Below, piece by piece: positions 32,824-43,017 of a stretch of DNA of 64,000 nucleotides. The stretch lies in the IMG/VR virus record IMGVR_UViG_3300042387_001967; one strand, written 5' to 3'. Every line of letters starts with the position of its first letter. The first letter of the stretch is position 1. A program made the translations under genes and the position numbers. The notes under the pieces were generated by a model. That model searched no databases. It was given only the letters and a program-made list of their open reading frames with translations, and was not told the origin of the DNA. This DNA is from a virus.

Positions 32824-35800
32824 TCAGGAGGGTAGATGGAGTTCAGGAAGTTTTCGTTGGCGTTAAACTGAGCCACGCTGCGCTCGGGCATGTTCATCCC
32901 GGCGAATCCGCGGCGAACGCCTGTCAGCTTCAATGTCACTTTGCTGGGTAACTTTTTGTGCCACGGCTTCCACCAGCACGCAGTCGGCTCCGCCTCAATC
33001 ACCAGATAAGCTCCTTCGATTCTCGCAGACATGTTCGCCGGGACATCAGGATTGGGCTGTCCAGCGACTACGAGGCTGTTCGGCTCGCACACGAAACGAT
33101 ACCGGTGGTCCAGTTCGTATCTCGTGCGGCGACCAGTCAGGGGGATGTCCCGCAGCACGAACTCGAAGAGCACCTCGTTACTCTCCATGGTGAACAGCGC
33201 ACCAAACTTCTTGGCGTGCCACGGCATCGGCACGATGGCGGTGGATTTGTCCGAGCCGCTGCCGCCAGTGCTGCCACCACCACCAGAGCCGCTGCCGCTG
33301 CCGCCAGTGCTGCCACCACCACCAGAGCCGACGCCGCTCCCTCCGCCGCTACCAGAGTCGCCGCCGCCGGAGTCGCTGCCAGAGTCGCCGCCGCCGGAGT
33401 CGCTGCCAGAGTCGCCGCTGCCCACGCCGCTACCAGAGTCGCCGCTGCCGGAGTCGCTACCAGAGTCGCCGCTGCCGGAGTCGCTGCTGCTGCCATCAGG
33501 GCAGCATGTGTCGTGCAGGATGATCGGACCAGAGTGAGCCTGGCTTGTGATGCTGCGCCATTTTCCAGCGCCCATGTCCGTGACATGATACGACCCGATG
33601 TAATACACCTCTGCCACGCCGGTTTGCCGCAGCGTTCCCACGAAATCAGTGCCCTTTTCGATGCCGAGGCGTCCCTTCTGGTTGGCGCCGCGAATGCTCT
33701 CGTAAGTCACGCCGGGATCTGCGGAGACGGTCAGGATCAATTTCTTCGCGCCGGACCCGCCTGAGCCGCTGGTAAACGATCCGTCGGGAGTGCACACCGC
33801 GTAAACGACGACGTGGCCACCGCCGGCCGCAATCGCCCGGTCCGTGACTTTCGCCGGTGTGATGCCATCGGGATCGTAGAGCGTGGCCTGGCTGAGCCCC
33901 AGCGGATGACACTCCGTCTCCGACTTGCCGACGACAGCCATCGCTGGCCCCGGCAACGAGAGGAGGTTGTCCGTGAACGTCAGCATGAAGTTGTGCGTGT
34001 CGCGGCATTCCAGCAGCGTCAGCAGCATCGTCTCCAGCGTCTGATCGGCATCCCCAGTCGTCGCACCTTCCGTGATGACATCCAGAGCGGCGCTGCCTCC
34101 CCACGGTTTCTGGTTGGGCTGCGCGCAGGTTACGATGTGACGCGGCCACGCGATGTGTGTGCAGTCCAGCTGGCCTACCGCGGCGTTCCTGGCCTGCTCC
34201 GCCAGTCCGTGCGGATCGAAGGATTCCGCGACTCCCTCCGCGCAGTGATAGAATCCCCACGGGTCAGGCGCAGCCACAGTGTCGCCCTCCGCCGCTTTGT
34301 GGCAGGCCTTCACTGTCCCAGGCAGCCAGAGCGTGTCCGGATCTTCCTGGACGCCGTCCGAAGCGGGTTCCGCCCACTGCTGCCCCCACTTCAACAGTCC
34401 GCCGTATTTGAACCTGGCGGGCATGCCTGGGCCGTGCCCGTCGTTCGGACCTGGATGCACGATGGCCGCAGCTGTGCCCATGTCTCCGTCAGGGTCGATC
34501 ACGTTGTCACCGAGCACCGTCAGCTCGCAGTCATCAAACTGATCCGGCGAGAACACGATGGTGCCGCCTGACAGCGCGCACGCGTCGATGGACCGCGTGC
34601 TCAATTCGAGGAACCACTGATCCATGAACAGTTCGTGCTGCGTCTGATTCGATTGCGTGCCGGCCAGATAAGAGGCGGTCGTGGAAGCGAAGTTCGGCGC
34701 CTCGTTGATCAGGTTCGGACGATCATCCGGACGCGGCTCGCAGCAGGCCATCTTGCACGCGACGAACATGCACGACAGCGCGGACTGACACAGCGTTGCG
34801 AGATCCGGCCACTGAAAATCTCCCTCGTAACCGTTCGCGACGTTCGGATACTCCAGGCTGCTGATGAGTCCGCGCGGAAGCACGTTCGTGTGGACGGACC
34901 GCGTCAGGTCCAGCTTGACGGCCAGCGGACTTCCGCCAGGCGCATCCAGAATCGACTGCGCGTCATCGGGGTCCGTTTGGTATTTGCCGGAGATGTCGAC
35001 ATCCGACACGGCGCCGCCCTGCTGGGACAGCAGCCCGTAAGTCTGCTCGGCGTCGCCCTGTTCATCCACGGAGCACGCGCACTGGTGCTTCGGCGAAATC
35101 CAGCTGCACGCCAGAAAACCAGCGCCATGCAGCGCGGCCTGCGCGTCGGCCTCCGCCTCGGTGCTGCCTACGAAAAGACCAGGCCAAACCCACACCTCGA
35201 ACGCGGGGTTCACGTCGAGCGATTCCGTCGCATCCCCCAGATCCTGCAATCCTTTGTTGCAGCGCTCGTAGGCCGGCCCGCCGAAGTCGACCGGGTCTCC
35301 GCCGCGCAGCTCCTCATACATCGCCTGCCTTCCGTCTTCGTCGTTCTCGCGCTCGGGTATCACTGCAGCGGCACGCAGCGCCACGGCCGCGTTGCCGTAA
35401 GTCTCCGTCATGCACGAGATGACCCGCGGACGGTTCGGAAAAAAGCAGTCGAGTCGCGCCGCGGCCAAGTTGTAGGCGATGGCATTCGCTTCGTCCTGCG
35501 TGCGCGCCGCGGCGGTCGGCGTGTTCGCCGGCGTGACGGCGGTCGTGCGCAGGACGCGCAGCAGGTTACTCCCGACCTGAGACCGCAATTTGAACTCCTG
35601 CCCGTTCAGGTCGTTCAACGCGATCGATACCAAGTCGAACTCGAACGACTGCCACGCGTCCGGACTGTTCTCGCCACCCGCGGTGCCGATGGCCCCGGCC
35701 AGCGTCTGCATGTCGCTCGTTGTTGGATCGATGTTCGGAAGTGGCCACTCGGTCGGCCAGTCGATCAGCGTCGTCTCGTCGAGTATCTCCTCGGTGCCGC

Positions 35801-36653
35801 AGGTCGCCGTCTGCTCCGTGTTGCCGACCAGACATTGCAGATCAAAGGCAGCGTAAATGGCAGCCAGATTGTCCGCGTCTACCTGGCTGACCGTGGACTG
35901 ATGCACTCCCGCAGCCACATACTCAAACTCATCGCCCGGCTCGGCGTAGAGAATCGCGTAGCCGGGATCCTCGGTGTCGCACACGACCCACATCTCACGG
36001 TTCCTCCATCCGCACACGATGCTTGCTTCAGCAGTCGCCTGGGCGATGTCGTCAGCCACGCCTTGCGCAATTACCAGCGCCTCCCGGATTTTCGTGGCGA
36101 GCAGCAGCGGCACTCCGACGAGGGCGACCAGTCCGTCGTCGAAATCCCCGAGGGTCGCGCCGCCGGTGCCGTTGATCGAGTCGATCAGATTTGCCGTCAC
36201 GTAGGCCTGCAGAGCCTCGCTGTATGTTGCCAGCCGGAACAATTCGGACTGCGCGATCGCAGGCACGAGATCGTCGGGCGGCGGCAGCATGATGTCATCC
36301 AGGAACACCTCCTGAACCGCAGCGCCGGCGTCCACGACAAACGGATACGCGGCCCCGCTCAGCTCGACCTGTCCCTCTGCGCACAGCGCTGTGGCTTCCT
36401 GGCTGTAGATAATAATCGCATCCGGCAGCAGATCAGGATCTGCAGGCACAGCAGGCGGCAGGTTCGGCGGGCTGAATACAGCCTTCGGCGTCGCCTCCGG
36501 CTCGTCGCACTTGCCGGCTGGCGCCGCCGGAGTCGTGTCCGGGGTGAGTGTGACGACGTCCGCTGCGCAAGGCGTCGCGCCGCGGACCCGTGCCCGCTCT
36601 GCGAACAGACGGGCGGCGCTCGATGCTGAAGTGTCCTCGGGTTCCAGTGGCAT
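32820..36653 (-). CDS. large Cys-rich tail-associated protein with internal repeats and Gly/Ser linker
   Basis: 1277 aa; about five [ST]Q..AD..A...A...L.C repeats; GS tract encoded at 33244-33495. Confidence 0.7.
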   Translation of the reverse strand: MPLEPEDTSASSAARLFAERARVRGATPCAADVVTLTPDTTPAAPAGKCDEPEATPKAVFSPPNLPPAVPADPDLLPDAIIIYSQEATALCAEGQVELSGAAYPFVVDAGAAVQEVFLDDIMLPPPDDLVPAIAQSELFRLATYSEALQAYVTANLIDSINGTGGATLGDFDDGLVALVGVPLLLATKIREALVIAQGVADDIAQATAEASIVCGWRNREMWVVCDTEDPGYAILYAEPGDEFEYVAAGVHQSTVSQVDADNLAAIYAAFDLQCLVGNTEQTATCGTEEILDETTLIDWPTEWPLPNIDPTTSDMQTLAGAIGTAGGENSPDAWQSFEFDLVSIALNDLNGQEFKLRSQVGSNLLRVLRTTAVTPANTPTAAARTQDEANAIAYNLAAARLDCFFPNRPRVISCMTETYGNAAVALRAAAVIPERENDEDGRQAMYEELRGGDPVDFGGPAYERCNKGLQDLGDATESLDVNPAFEVWVWPGLFVGSTEAEADAQAALHGAGFLACSWISPKHQCACSVDEQGDAEQTYGLLSQQGGAVSDVDISGKYQTDPDDAQSILDAPGGSPLAVKLDLTRSVHTNVLPRGLISSLEYPNVANGYEGDFQWPDLATLCQSALSCMFVACKMACCEPRPDDRPNLINEAPNFASTTASYLAGTQSNQTQHELFMDQWFLELSTRSIDACALSGGTIVFSPDQFDDCELTVLGDNVIDPDGDMGTAAAIVHPGPNDGHGPGMPARFKYGGLLKWGQQWAEPASDGVQEDPDTLWLPGTVKACHKAAEGDTVAAPDPWGFYHCAEGVAESFDPHGLAEQARNAAVGQLDCTHIAWPRHIVTCAQPNQKPWGGSAALDVITEGATTGDADQTLETMLLTLLECRDTHNFMLTFTDNLLSLPGPAMAVVGKSETECHPLGLSQATLYDPDGITPAKVTDRAIAAGGGHVVVYAVCTPDGSFTSGSGGSGAKKLILTVSADPGVTYESIRGANQKGRLGIEKGTDFVGTLRQTGVAEVYYIGSYHVTDMGAGKWRSITSQAHSGPIILHDTCCPDGSSSDSGSGDSGSDSGSGDSGSGVGSGDSGSDSGGGDSGSDSGGGDSGSGGGSGVGSGGGGSTGGSGSGSGGGGSTGGSGSDKSTAIVPMPWHAKKFGALFTMESNEVLFEFVLRDIPLTGRRTRYELDHRYRFVCEPNSLVVAGQPNPDVPANMSARIEGAYLVIEAEPTACWWKPWHKKLPSKVTLKLTGVRRGFAGMNMPERSVAQFNANENFLNSIYPPE
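33244..33495 (-). repeat. coding low-complexity repeat (SGSGDSGSD / GSGGGGSTGG units)
   Basis: Tandem codon repeats such as CCAGAGTCGCCGC and GCCGCCAGTGCTGCCACCACCACCAGAGCC. Confidence 0.9.
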
Positions 36654-36654
36654 A

Positions 36655-38136
36655 TCAGCTGAACTTTGCGTGGCTCAGACGCACCTGCGTGAACGAGTTC
36701 ATTTGCTTGCCGGCGCGCAAGTCCACGCTGTGCGTAAAGCCCTGCACGAACGCCGTGAATTCGGTTTTCTTTGCTCCCGGCTTTTCGTCGTCAGCTCCTC
36801 GAATTCGAAGTATCACGCGCTTACCTAGATACTTGGTCAGGTTGAAATCCAGCGGAATCGTCATACCGACAGATGAGTGTGCAAGCTGCAGTTCCTTGAA
36901 CATGAGCTCGCACATCTCAGTCATGACGCGAGACGACGCCGCATCGACTTTGTTCTTCTGCGCCGCGGCGGCGACCGCGGCCTTCGCGCGCTGTGCGAGG
37001 CTCAGATTCACCTTGGCGCCTGGATCTTTCTTGCCGTCCATTTCGCTACCGAAGATAGGGACGCCGCCGCCGCGCAACAACCAGAACGGAACTGCTTCGT
37101 GCTGGATGAAGCCCTGGAGAAGAGGATCAGGCGCAAAAGCGACCGCAGACGGAGTCCGGCCTCCTTTCTCTTTTCGCGCCCACTCCGGCGCCATGGCATA
37201 CATGACCACCCCGCCAGGTTGGAGGATGCGTGCGCTGCCGTCCGACACGCTGAAACCCGACACGCTGACTTCCATGACGTCGGTCGTGTCAGCCACTTTT
37301 TTGTCCACGCGTTCGAAGTGCCCGAAGCCTGCGAACGACGGCACGTAATACATCTGAAAGCTGGACATGAGCGCGCGGACCTTGTTCCAGAACCCGGGCA
37401 TGAGGGCGATCAGCACGTCATGCACGCTCTTCGAGAGATGCTTGGCAATTTCGCCGTGCGCCTTGAAAGCGGCCTCCCAGCTCTGGAACTTGACGTCGCT
37501 GTCTGTGAGCATCTGCCGCCACATCCTGAGCGGTCCGTTCGTGTTGATGCTGTGCTGCCTGACGATCTGCTGCCTCTCCATCGCGCGATGCTGAATGCTG
37601 GCGATGGTCGCCGCGTAGTTCGAGACGAGAAGGTCCGTGATCGCCAGTATGGTCCCCGGCGCGTCCCCATTTCTCGCTGCCGGAACAGGCTTCAGCAATG
37701 GTCCGGATTCTACACGCGGAGCGCCCGGCGTCTGGGCGGCATACAGCCCGGTTCCGTAGATGCTCAGGTCCATGGCATCCAGCAGCGCCGCCTGTCCGAC
37801 AGTCGCGAGCTTTTCAGACGTGCTGACTTTCGTCAGCTCCAAGATCGGGGACGAAATAAAGCCCGAGTAGTTGACGGAGCCGCCGATGCCGTCTTCGGCG
37901 AACACCTCGAAGTCCGGCGTGGTCCGACCAGCCAGACGTGCTGTCTGCAGCTTGCCGATGCGCGCGATGACCTCCGGCGCTATCGGCGTCTTGACGGATA
38001 CCTTTCCGGAGGTCTCGGCGACGTTCGCGCTGACCATCGGAAAGCTGTTCACGTCGATCTCGAAAAGTAGTCCCTCGGGGGACACGTTGTCCCCGTTGAT
38101 GCTTGCCGAAATTTTCGCCGTGGTCGCCTTAGACAT
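36655..38136 (-). CDS. baseplate hub-like (gp27/gpD-like) protein
   Basis: Position after the tape measure module; C-terminal AFVQGFTHSV...TQVRLSH. Confidence 0.5.
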   Translation of the reverse strand: MSKATTAKISASINGDNVSPEGLLFEIDVNSFPMVSANVAETSGKVSVKTPIAPEVIARIGKLQTARLAGRTTPDFEVFAEDGIGGSVNYSGFISSPILELTKVSTSEKLATVGQAALLDAMDLSIYGTGLYAAQTPGAPRVESGPLLKPVPAARNGDAPGTILAITDLLVSNYAATIASIQHRAMERQQIVRQHSINTNGPLRMWRQMLTDSDVKFQSWEAAFKAHGEIAKHLSKSVHDVLIALMPGFWNKVRALMSSFQMYYVPSFAGFGHFERVDKKVADTTDVMEVSVSGFSVSDGSARILQPGGVVMYAMAPEWARKEKGGRTPSAVAFAPDPLLQGFIQHEAVPFWLLRGGGVPIFGSEMDGKKDPGAKVNLSLAQRAKAAVAAAAQKNKVDAASSRVMTEMCELMFKELQLAHSSVGMTIPLDFNLTKYLGKRVILRIRGADDEKPGAKKTEFTAFVQGFTHSVDLRAGKQMNSFTQVRLSHAKFS

Positions 38137-39034
38137 GGAATCCGATGGGTGAATCAGGATCGACTGGCGCCTCGGTCATCCCGACGAGCCCCGGAGCGAT
38201 CGTGTAGAACGTGTCCAACGGCTCGCGCGCGTCGACGCTGTCGTTCGCAGACACGCTGTATCCCGCCTGTTCTTCGGCAGTCCACTTGAGCATCCGGCGG
38301 ATAATCGCCAGGCCAGCCATCCCTACCCTCATGGCTGGATTTGCAGGCGAAGATTCAAAAGCGGCCAGCGTGCCTTCGCTGTTCATCAGCAACACCATGG
38401 CGCGGTCCTTGCGAAGTCGCTCCGCGGTGTCGACAAACGGATAGCGGGTCGGCGCCAGGCTCACCGACACGGAGTCGTCCGATGTCCACTGCGTCACCTG
38501 GAAGTCTGCGAAAATTCCGTATAGCGGCGCGGCGGCGACGCTCAAGCGGAAGTCGCCGCCGTCCAAGCTGGTCAGCGTCGCCGAAGATGTCGCACGGATG
38601 CCGTTGCTGGTCTGGATATCCACAGCAGTGTCTGACGTCCGGGTGATGGAGAGGCTGTTGAATCCGCGCGCGCCGGCGACCGAGCCGTCGACGTAGCCAT
38701 CCGCGCGGTCCGAACGTCCGAGCATCGGGGCCGAGGTAACGATCTTGCGCAGCGCGAGCAGTCCCGGCACGAATACCGCGGCGACGTCGCGCGGCATCTC
38801 GCGCAGCATGGCCTTGGACATCAGCGACGCGGCGTAAACCGACAGCGCGTTGAAGTCGTCACCCAGCGTGTCCAGCTTCAGGAAGCGGCGCGCGTAGGTC
38901 ACCTCAGCCGGCGTCGAGTTCACGACGTAGTTGATCGACGTGTTCAGCGCCGAATTGGCAAAGCCGGTCGAGCGTCCGGTGAGCAACCACAGGAAAAAAT
39001 TGGAACGAATGTTGATGTTGGGTAGCGCGCTCAT
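38129..39034 (-). CDS. tail/baseplate protein
   Basis: 301 aa ORF in the tail operon. Confidence 0.6.
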   Translation of the reverse strand: MSALPNINIRSNFFLWLLTGRSTGFANSALNTSINYVVNSTPAEVTYARRFLKLDTLGDDFNALSVYAASLMSKAMLREMPRDVAAVFVPGLLALRKIVTSAPMLGRSDRADGYVDGSVAGARGFNSLSITRTSDTAVDIQTSNGIRATSSATLTSLDGGDFRLSVAAAPLYGIFADFQVTQWTSDDSVSVSLAPTRYPFVDTAERLRKDRAMVLLMNSEGTLAAFESSPANPAMRVGMAGLAIIRRMLKWTAEEQAGYSVSANDSVDAREPLDTFYTIAPGLVGMTEAPVDPDSPIGFHV

Positions 39035-39564
39035 GCGACGTCGGCGGTGACCATCTGGATGGAAAACATCTGAGTGTTGACCCTTGGTTCGGCCGTCTCC
39101 AGACGCAGACCGACTACATAGGCGTCGATGGCCGAGGTTCCAAGCGAAACTCTCACCGGCCCCCGCTTCTTGCTGACTCGATTCTTATCATACCACTGCA
39201 GCAGTTTCGTCAGCTGCAGGCCGCGGGTGCTGGTGTTACCGAGCAGCAGGATACCAGCCACGGAAACGTCGTTCCAGGCCGTCCCGAAGAGATAGAGCAC
39301 GCGCTTGTCGTCCAGCGTGGTCGTCGGCTGCACGATCTCCACGAAGTTCAGCGGTACTCCCAGCACCAGAGCCCTGGAACCGGGGGCGTCGTCGATCTTC
39401 GGGTCCAGCCTGTAGAACCCGTTGGACGGTCCATCGAACGCGTGGACCCACCCCTTGCAGTCTGCCAGCGTCGTCGAGGATGAACCTCCCGTGAACGCGT
39501 TCCCGGTGAGCAACGACGCGCCTTGCAGACTTCCGATTTGAAGAGATCCGGTGAGTAGTGCCAT
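39031..39564 (-). CDS. putative tail tube initiator-like protein
   Basis: Follows the tape measure gene; beta-rich, Y.FG.AW...V.G pattern. Confidence 0.45.
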   Translation of the reverse strand: MALLTGSLQIGSLQGASLLTGNAFTGGSSSTTLADCKGWVHAFDGPSNGFYRLDPKIDDAPGSRALVLGVPLNFVEIVQPTTTLDDKRVLYLFGTAWNDVSVAGILLLGNTSTRGLQLTKLLQWYDKNRVSKKRGPVRVSLGTSAIDAYVVGLRLETAEPRVNTQMFSIQMVTADVA

Positions 39565-39568
39565 GATT

Positions 39569-42500
39569 TTATTTGGGACTTTTTTCGACGTTGCCGGTTA
39601 CCAAGATGTTGCCGTTTACGACAATCTGCGTCGTGGTTGTGCCGCCGTTTTCCTCGACAGCCTGATTCATGAATTTGCGCTTGGCAGCCTCCAGCTGCCT
39701 TTTTGCGTCAGCGATGAGCACGTCGTGAGGCTTACCTTTATCATCCTTGAGATCGAAGGTCGTCTTCCCGGCATCTTCTGCCTTCTGGAGTTGCTTCAGC
39801 TGCGCGTCGATCTTGTTGACCATCTCCCCGCCCTCGTTCAGATGTCCAAGTGCTTTCATTTCATCTTTGGTGGCCATACCGATCCGCTTGGTCATCGTCA
39901 TCATATTGTGGAGTCCGCCGCCTTCAAACTCGGCCTTCTTCCCGCTGAACCACCCGCCCGGTTTGAAGTTGACCGCCTCAAACGCTGACAAATTCGGCGC
40001 TTCGCCTTTCGCGATTGATGTCATGAGGGAAGTCTGCAAGTCGTCGTCCAGACCCATGGCCTGAGCGAGCATTTTTGCGGCGCCCTGACGCTGCCCAATC
40101 TTGTTGAGCTCTGCGGCGCCGGACTCCTTGGCAGAATCCGTTATGGCTGTCATTCCGCCCCTGCCGTCCGCGTCGAGCCCCAGCGTAGGATCACCAGTCA
40201 GATTCATCCCCAGGTATTTTTTGTCTGTCTGCATCAGCTTGATGGCGTCGGCCCGCAGATTCTTATCCGTCACGGTGGCAGCCATCAGATCCTTCATATT
40301 CTCAAACCCCATCGCCTTGGAAATATCGATCTCCTTGCCGTGCACCTTGGACAGCTGCGCCATTCCTTTTTCGGTCAGTCCATTGCTGAAATCAATGCCG
40401 GTCTCGTATTGCGAATCCGCAGCGACGAGCTTGCCGTCCTTGTCCAGCACTTGCGGCATCTTTATGCCTTCTTTTTTCATGGCTTCGAGCATCAGCACCA
40501 TCGATTCGGGATCGCTGACGCCGCCCTTCATGCCCCCAGTCGCAAGCGCCGTCGCGATGCTGTTGAACGAGATGCCGCCATCTGCAGCAGAGAGCCGCCG
40601 ACGGGAGGACGCCGCTCCAAGCATTTCGAGTCTGTTCTGTCCCGACTCGGCCTGCTCAAATACGGACATGCCGGGCTCGTAGTTGGCGTCGTTCAGCATG
40701 CTCACGGCCTGGCCGAATGCCTTCTCGTCCTTCACCTGCCCGTTCTTGTCGAAGAACTGGCTCATGAACTTATCCGCCGCGGCGCCAGTCACGCCGGCCT
40801 TCTTCAGGACGTCGCGCTGCATACTCGCACGGTCCGCCCCGGTGATCAGATCCGTTTTGGACGGCTTTCCGTCCGGGCCGATTCTGGCGGTCTGCTTGGA
40901 CAGGTTCAGCATCTGCCCCAACCCGCCGGTCCCCAGGTTCTTCAACATGGTCTCGCTGACGGCGTCCGCGTCTTTTACTCCGCTGCCCTCCAGGTAATTG
41001 GTCAGCATATCTGTGTCGATGGCATCCAACCGTTCCGCGGCTGCCTGTTTTTCCATGGCGCGAGCTTTCGCAGGGTCCTTGTATGCCTTCGCCAGCATGC
41101 GTTTCCCGGTGAGCGAGGATGTCAGCTCATCGAAGCCCGCTTCATTCCCGGGACGTCCGGCGGCTGATGCCAGCAGGCTTCGCATCTGCTGCTCCAGATT
41201 GTAGCGCGTCCCTGGGTCCTTTTCGCTGTCGAATTGCTGCAGCAGATCCTCGGCGTCCTTGCGTCTCGCTCCAGACAGATTGTCCATCCCGCCCCTGGCC
41301 ATAGTCATCCCCTGATACTTGTCCAGGTATTGCAAGCGGCCCTCCTTCTTGTCTTCGTAAATTTCCTCGAAGGTCTGCGAGTCGGCCATATCCACGCCGA
41401 GCGATCTGCCCAGCATCACAGCACGGTTGGACTGCTGGTAGGCGATGGCCGAGTCGCCCATGATCTGGTTGTGGATGTTCGCGTTTATTCCGGTGACCAA
41501 CGAGCTGTGCCGCCCGTCCGCTCCGATGACGCCAGCCACTTGCCCGCGCATGGACGCCTGCATGTCGCTAGACCAGTCCATGAACGCACGAGGATCCATG
41601 CCGCTGATCACTGCTGCGCCGCGCAGTTGCGCCACCTGGGCGGATGCTTGCGCCGCCTGCTCTCGGTTGGTAATTTTCATGCCGGAGATGGACTCCAACT
41701 TCTGCTGCAGCTCCGGCGCCGACATCTCCTGGTAGACGTCCGCGAGTCCCGCCAGTCCGGCAGTGATGTCCTTCACGACTTGTCCGACGCGTCTGACCTC
41801 GTCCTTGTTCCCGATGAGCGCGTCGGGCGACTTGATCACCGCCTTGACTTCTTTCTGCAGCTTTTTGTCCCCTGTGGCGTCTGCCATCGCCTGCAGTTCT
41901 TCGGCCTGCTTTTCCGGTGAGAGGTCCTTGTTGACGCTGAGCTTGGCCAGCCCAGCCCGCAGGTCGGGACTCACGGCGTTGTCGGCCGCGGCAGACAACC
42001 GGGTCTGCAGGTCGGCGTTCTGCTGCAGGTGCGCGACGTGTCCGATGCCGCCGCGCTGTGCGAGCGTCTTGAACACGCCGGAAACTTCCTGCGAGTTGAA
42101 GCCGTGCATGCGGCTGGTGTCCCCGGTGCCGCCATACATGTCGCTCATGATCTTCTTCATGAACGTCGCCGAGACATGCTCAGCGACGGCCCCGGAACCG
42201 CCTACGCGCCCGATCCCGTATTCTCTGCCCCCGGATCGTCCGGTGCCGCCGATCGACATACCAAAGCCGCCGCCAGCCACGCCTTGCGCAATGTTGGCCG
42301 CTGCGGTGATCGGATCCCCTTGGCCAATCATGCCGGTGGTGCGCATCAGCATGGCAGCATCCATCGCCATCTGCCCAGATGTGGACTGGAACATTGCGCG
42401 ACGCACCTGGTCGGGGCCGGCGCCGGACATGCCATGCTGGAGGCGCACGATCCTCTCGGCTGCGGCCAGCGCGACTGGGTCGGTGAGCGCCGCGGCGCGC

Positions 42501-42625
42501 GCCATCTGCGCGGTCATGTGCAGGTTGCGCTGCCGCTGCTGATGCTCCGCGGCCGTCGGCGCTCCGCCGGTGCCGGTAGGTCCGTAACCAGTCCAGTCTA
42601 TTGGGTTGCGGTCGTAAGGGTTCAA
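39569..42625 (-). CDS. tape measure protein
   Basis: 1018 aa, Ala/Gly/Gln/Met-rich helical composition, downstream of sheath/tube and chaperone-like genes. Confidence 0.75.
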   Translation of the reverse strand: MNPYDRNPIDWTGYGPTGTGGAPTAAEHQQRQRNLHMTAQMARAAALTDPVALAAAERIVRLQHGMSGAGPDQVRRAMFQSTSGQMAMDAAMLMRTTGMIGQGDPITAAANIAQGVAGGGFGMSIGGTGRSGGREYGIGRVGGSGAVAEHVSATFMKKIMSDMYGGTGDTSRMHGFNSQEVSGVFKTLAQRGGIGHVAHLQQNADLQTRLSAAADNAVSPDLRAGLAKLSVNKDLSPEKQAEELQAMADATGDKKLQKEVKAVIKSPDALIGNKDEVRRVGQVVKDITAGLAGLADVYQEMSAPELQQKLESISGMKITNREQAAQASAQVAQLRGAAVISGMDPRAFMDWSSDMQASMRGQVAGVIGADGRHSSLVTGINANIHNQIMGDSAIAYQQSNRAVMLGRSLGVDMADSQTFEEIYEDKKEGRLQYLDKYQGMTMARGGMDNLSGARRKDAEDLLQQFDSEKDPGTRYNLEQQMRSLLASAAGRPGNEAGFDELTSSLTGKRMLAKAYKDPAKARAMEKQAAAERLDAIDTDMLTNYLEGSGVKDADAVSETMLKNLGTGGLGQMLNLSKQTARIGPDGKPSKTDLITGADRASMQRDVLKKAGVTGAAADKFMSQFFDKNGQVKDEKAFGQAVSMLNDANYEPGMSVFEQAESGQNRLEMLGAASSRRRLSAADGGISFNSIATALATGGMKGGVSDPESMVLMLEAMKKEGIKMPQVLDKDGKLVAADSQYETGIDFSNGLTEKGMAQLSKVHGKEIDISKAMGFENMKDLMAATVTDKNLRADAIKLMQTDKKYLGMNLTGDPTLGLDADGRGGMTAITDSAKESGAAELNKIGQRQGAAKMLAQAMGLDDDLQTSLMTSIAKGEAPNLSAFEAVNFKPGGWFSGKKAEFEGGGLHNMMTMTKRIGMATKDEMKALGHLNEGGEMVNKIDAQLKQLQKAEDAGKTTFDLKDDKGKPHDVLIADAKRQLEAAKRKFMNQAVEENGGTTTTQIVVNGNILVTGNVEKSPK

Positions 42626-43017
42626 AATAGCGGTTTGGATTTCTCCTCGGTGTAGTGAGCGTCGAGCGCGGAGAAGATACCAGACTTCTCTGCAATTTGG
42701 TAGAGCTGATAAAGGGACACCTCGTCTTTCGTGCTGCGCTTGAGTTTTCCGGCGATTTGATCAGCCACTTTGTAGATGTCGAACATCCGCAATTCGCTCG
42801 CGCGCACCAGCCGCGTGTTCGACTTGTTGATCGCATCGTTCAGCCCCTTCTGGTTGAGCACCGGGATCAGTGCCAGGTCCGCCGCGATGGACGCCTGCAT
42901 GTTGCTGGCGATCATCTCGGACGTGAGCACCTCGATCACGATGTCTTCCGTGACGACGGAACGCTGACCGAATTTATGAGCAGGACGAAGAAGGCCGCGC
43001 AGATACGCGACTACCAT
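42622..43017 (-). CDS. putative tail assembly protein
   Basis: Coupled to the tape measure start. Confidence 0.5.
   Translation of the reverse strand: MVVAYLRGLLRPAHKFGQRSVVTEDIVIEVLTSEMIASNMQASIAADLALIPVLNQKGLNDAINKSNTRLVRASELRMFDIYKVADQIAGKLKRSTKDEVSLYQLYQIAEKSGIFSALDAHYTEEKSKPLF

Noticed and set aside
33244-33495. Tandem repeats as a non-coding array
   Set aside because: Period is a multiple of 3 and in frame, encoding a Gly/Ser linker.
34635-36629. 664-aa plus-strand ORF and similar long antisense ORFs (1079-2164, 2558-3814, 8427-9704, 48570-49829)
   Set aside because: They overlap motif-bearing minus-strand genes entirely and have shadow-frame composition.
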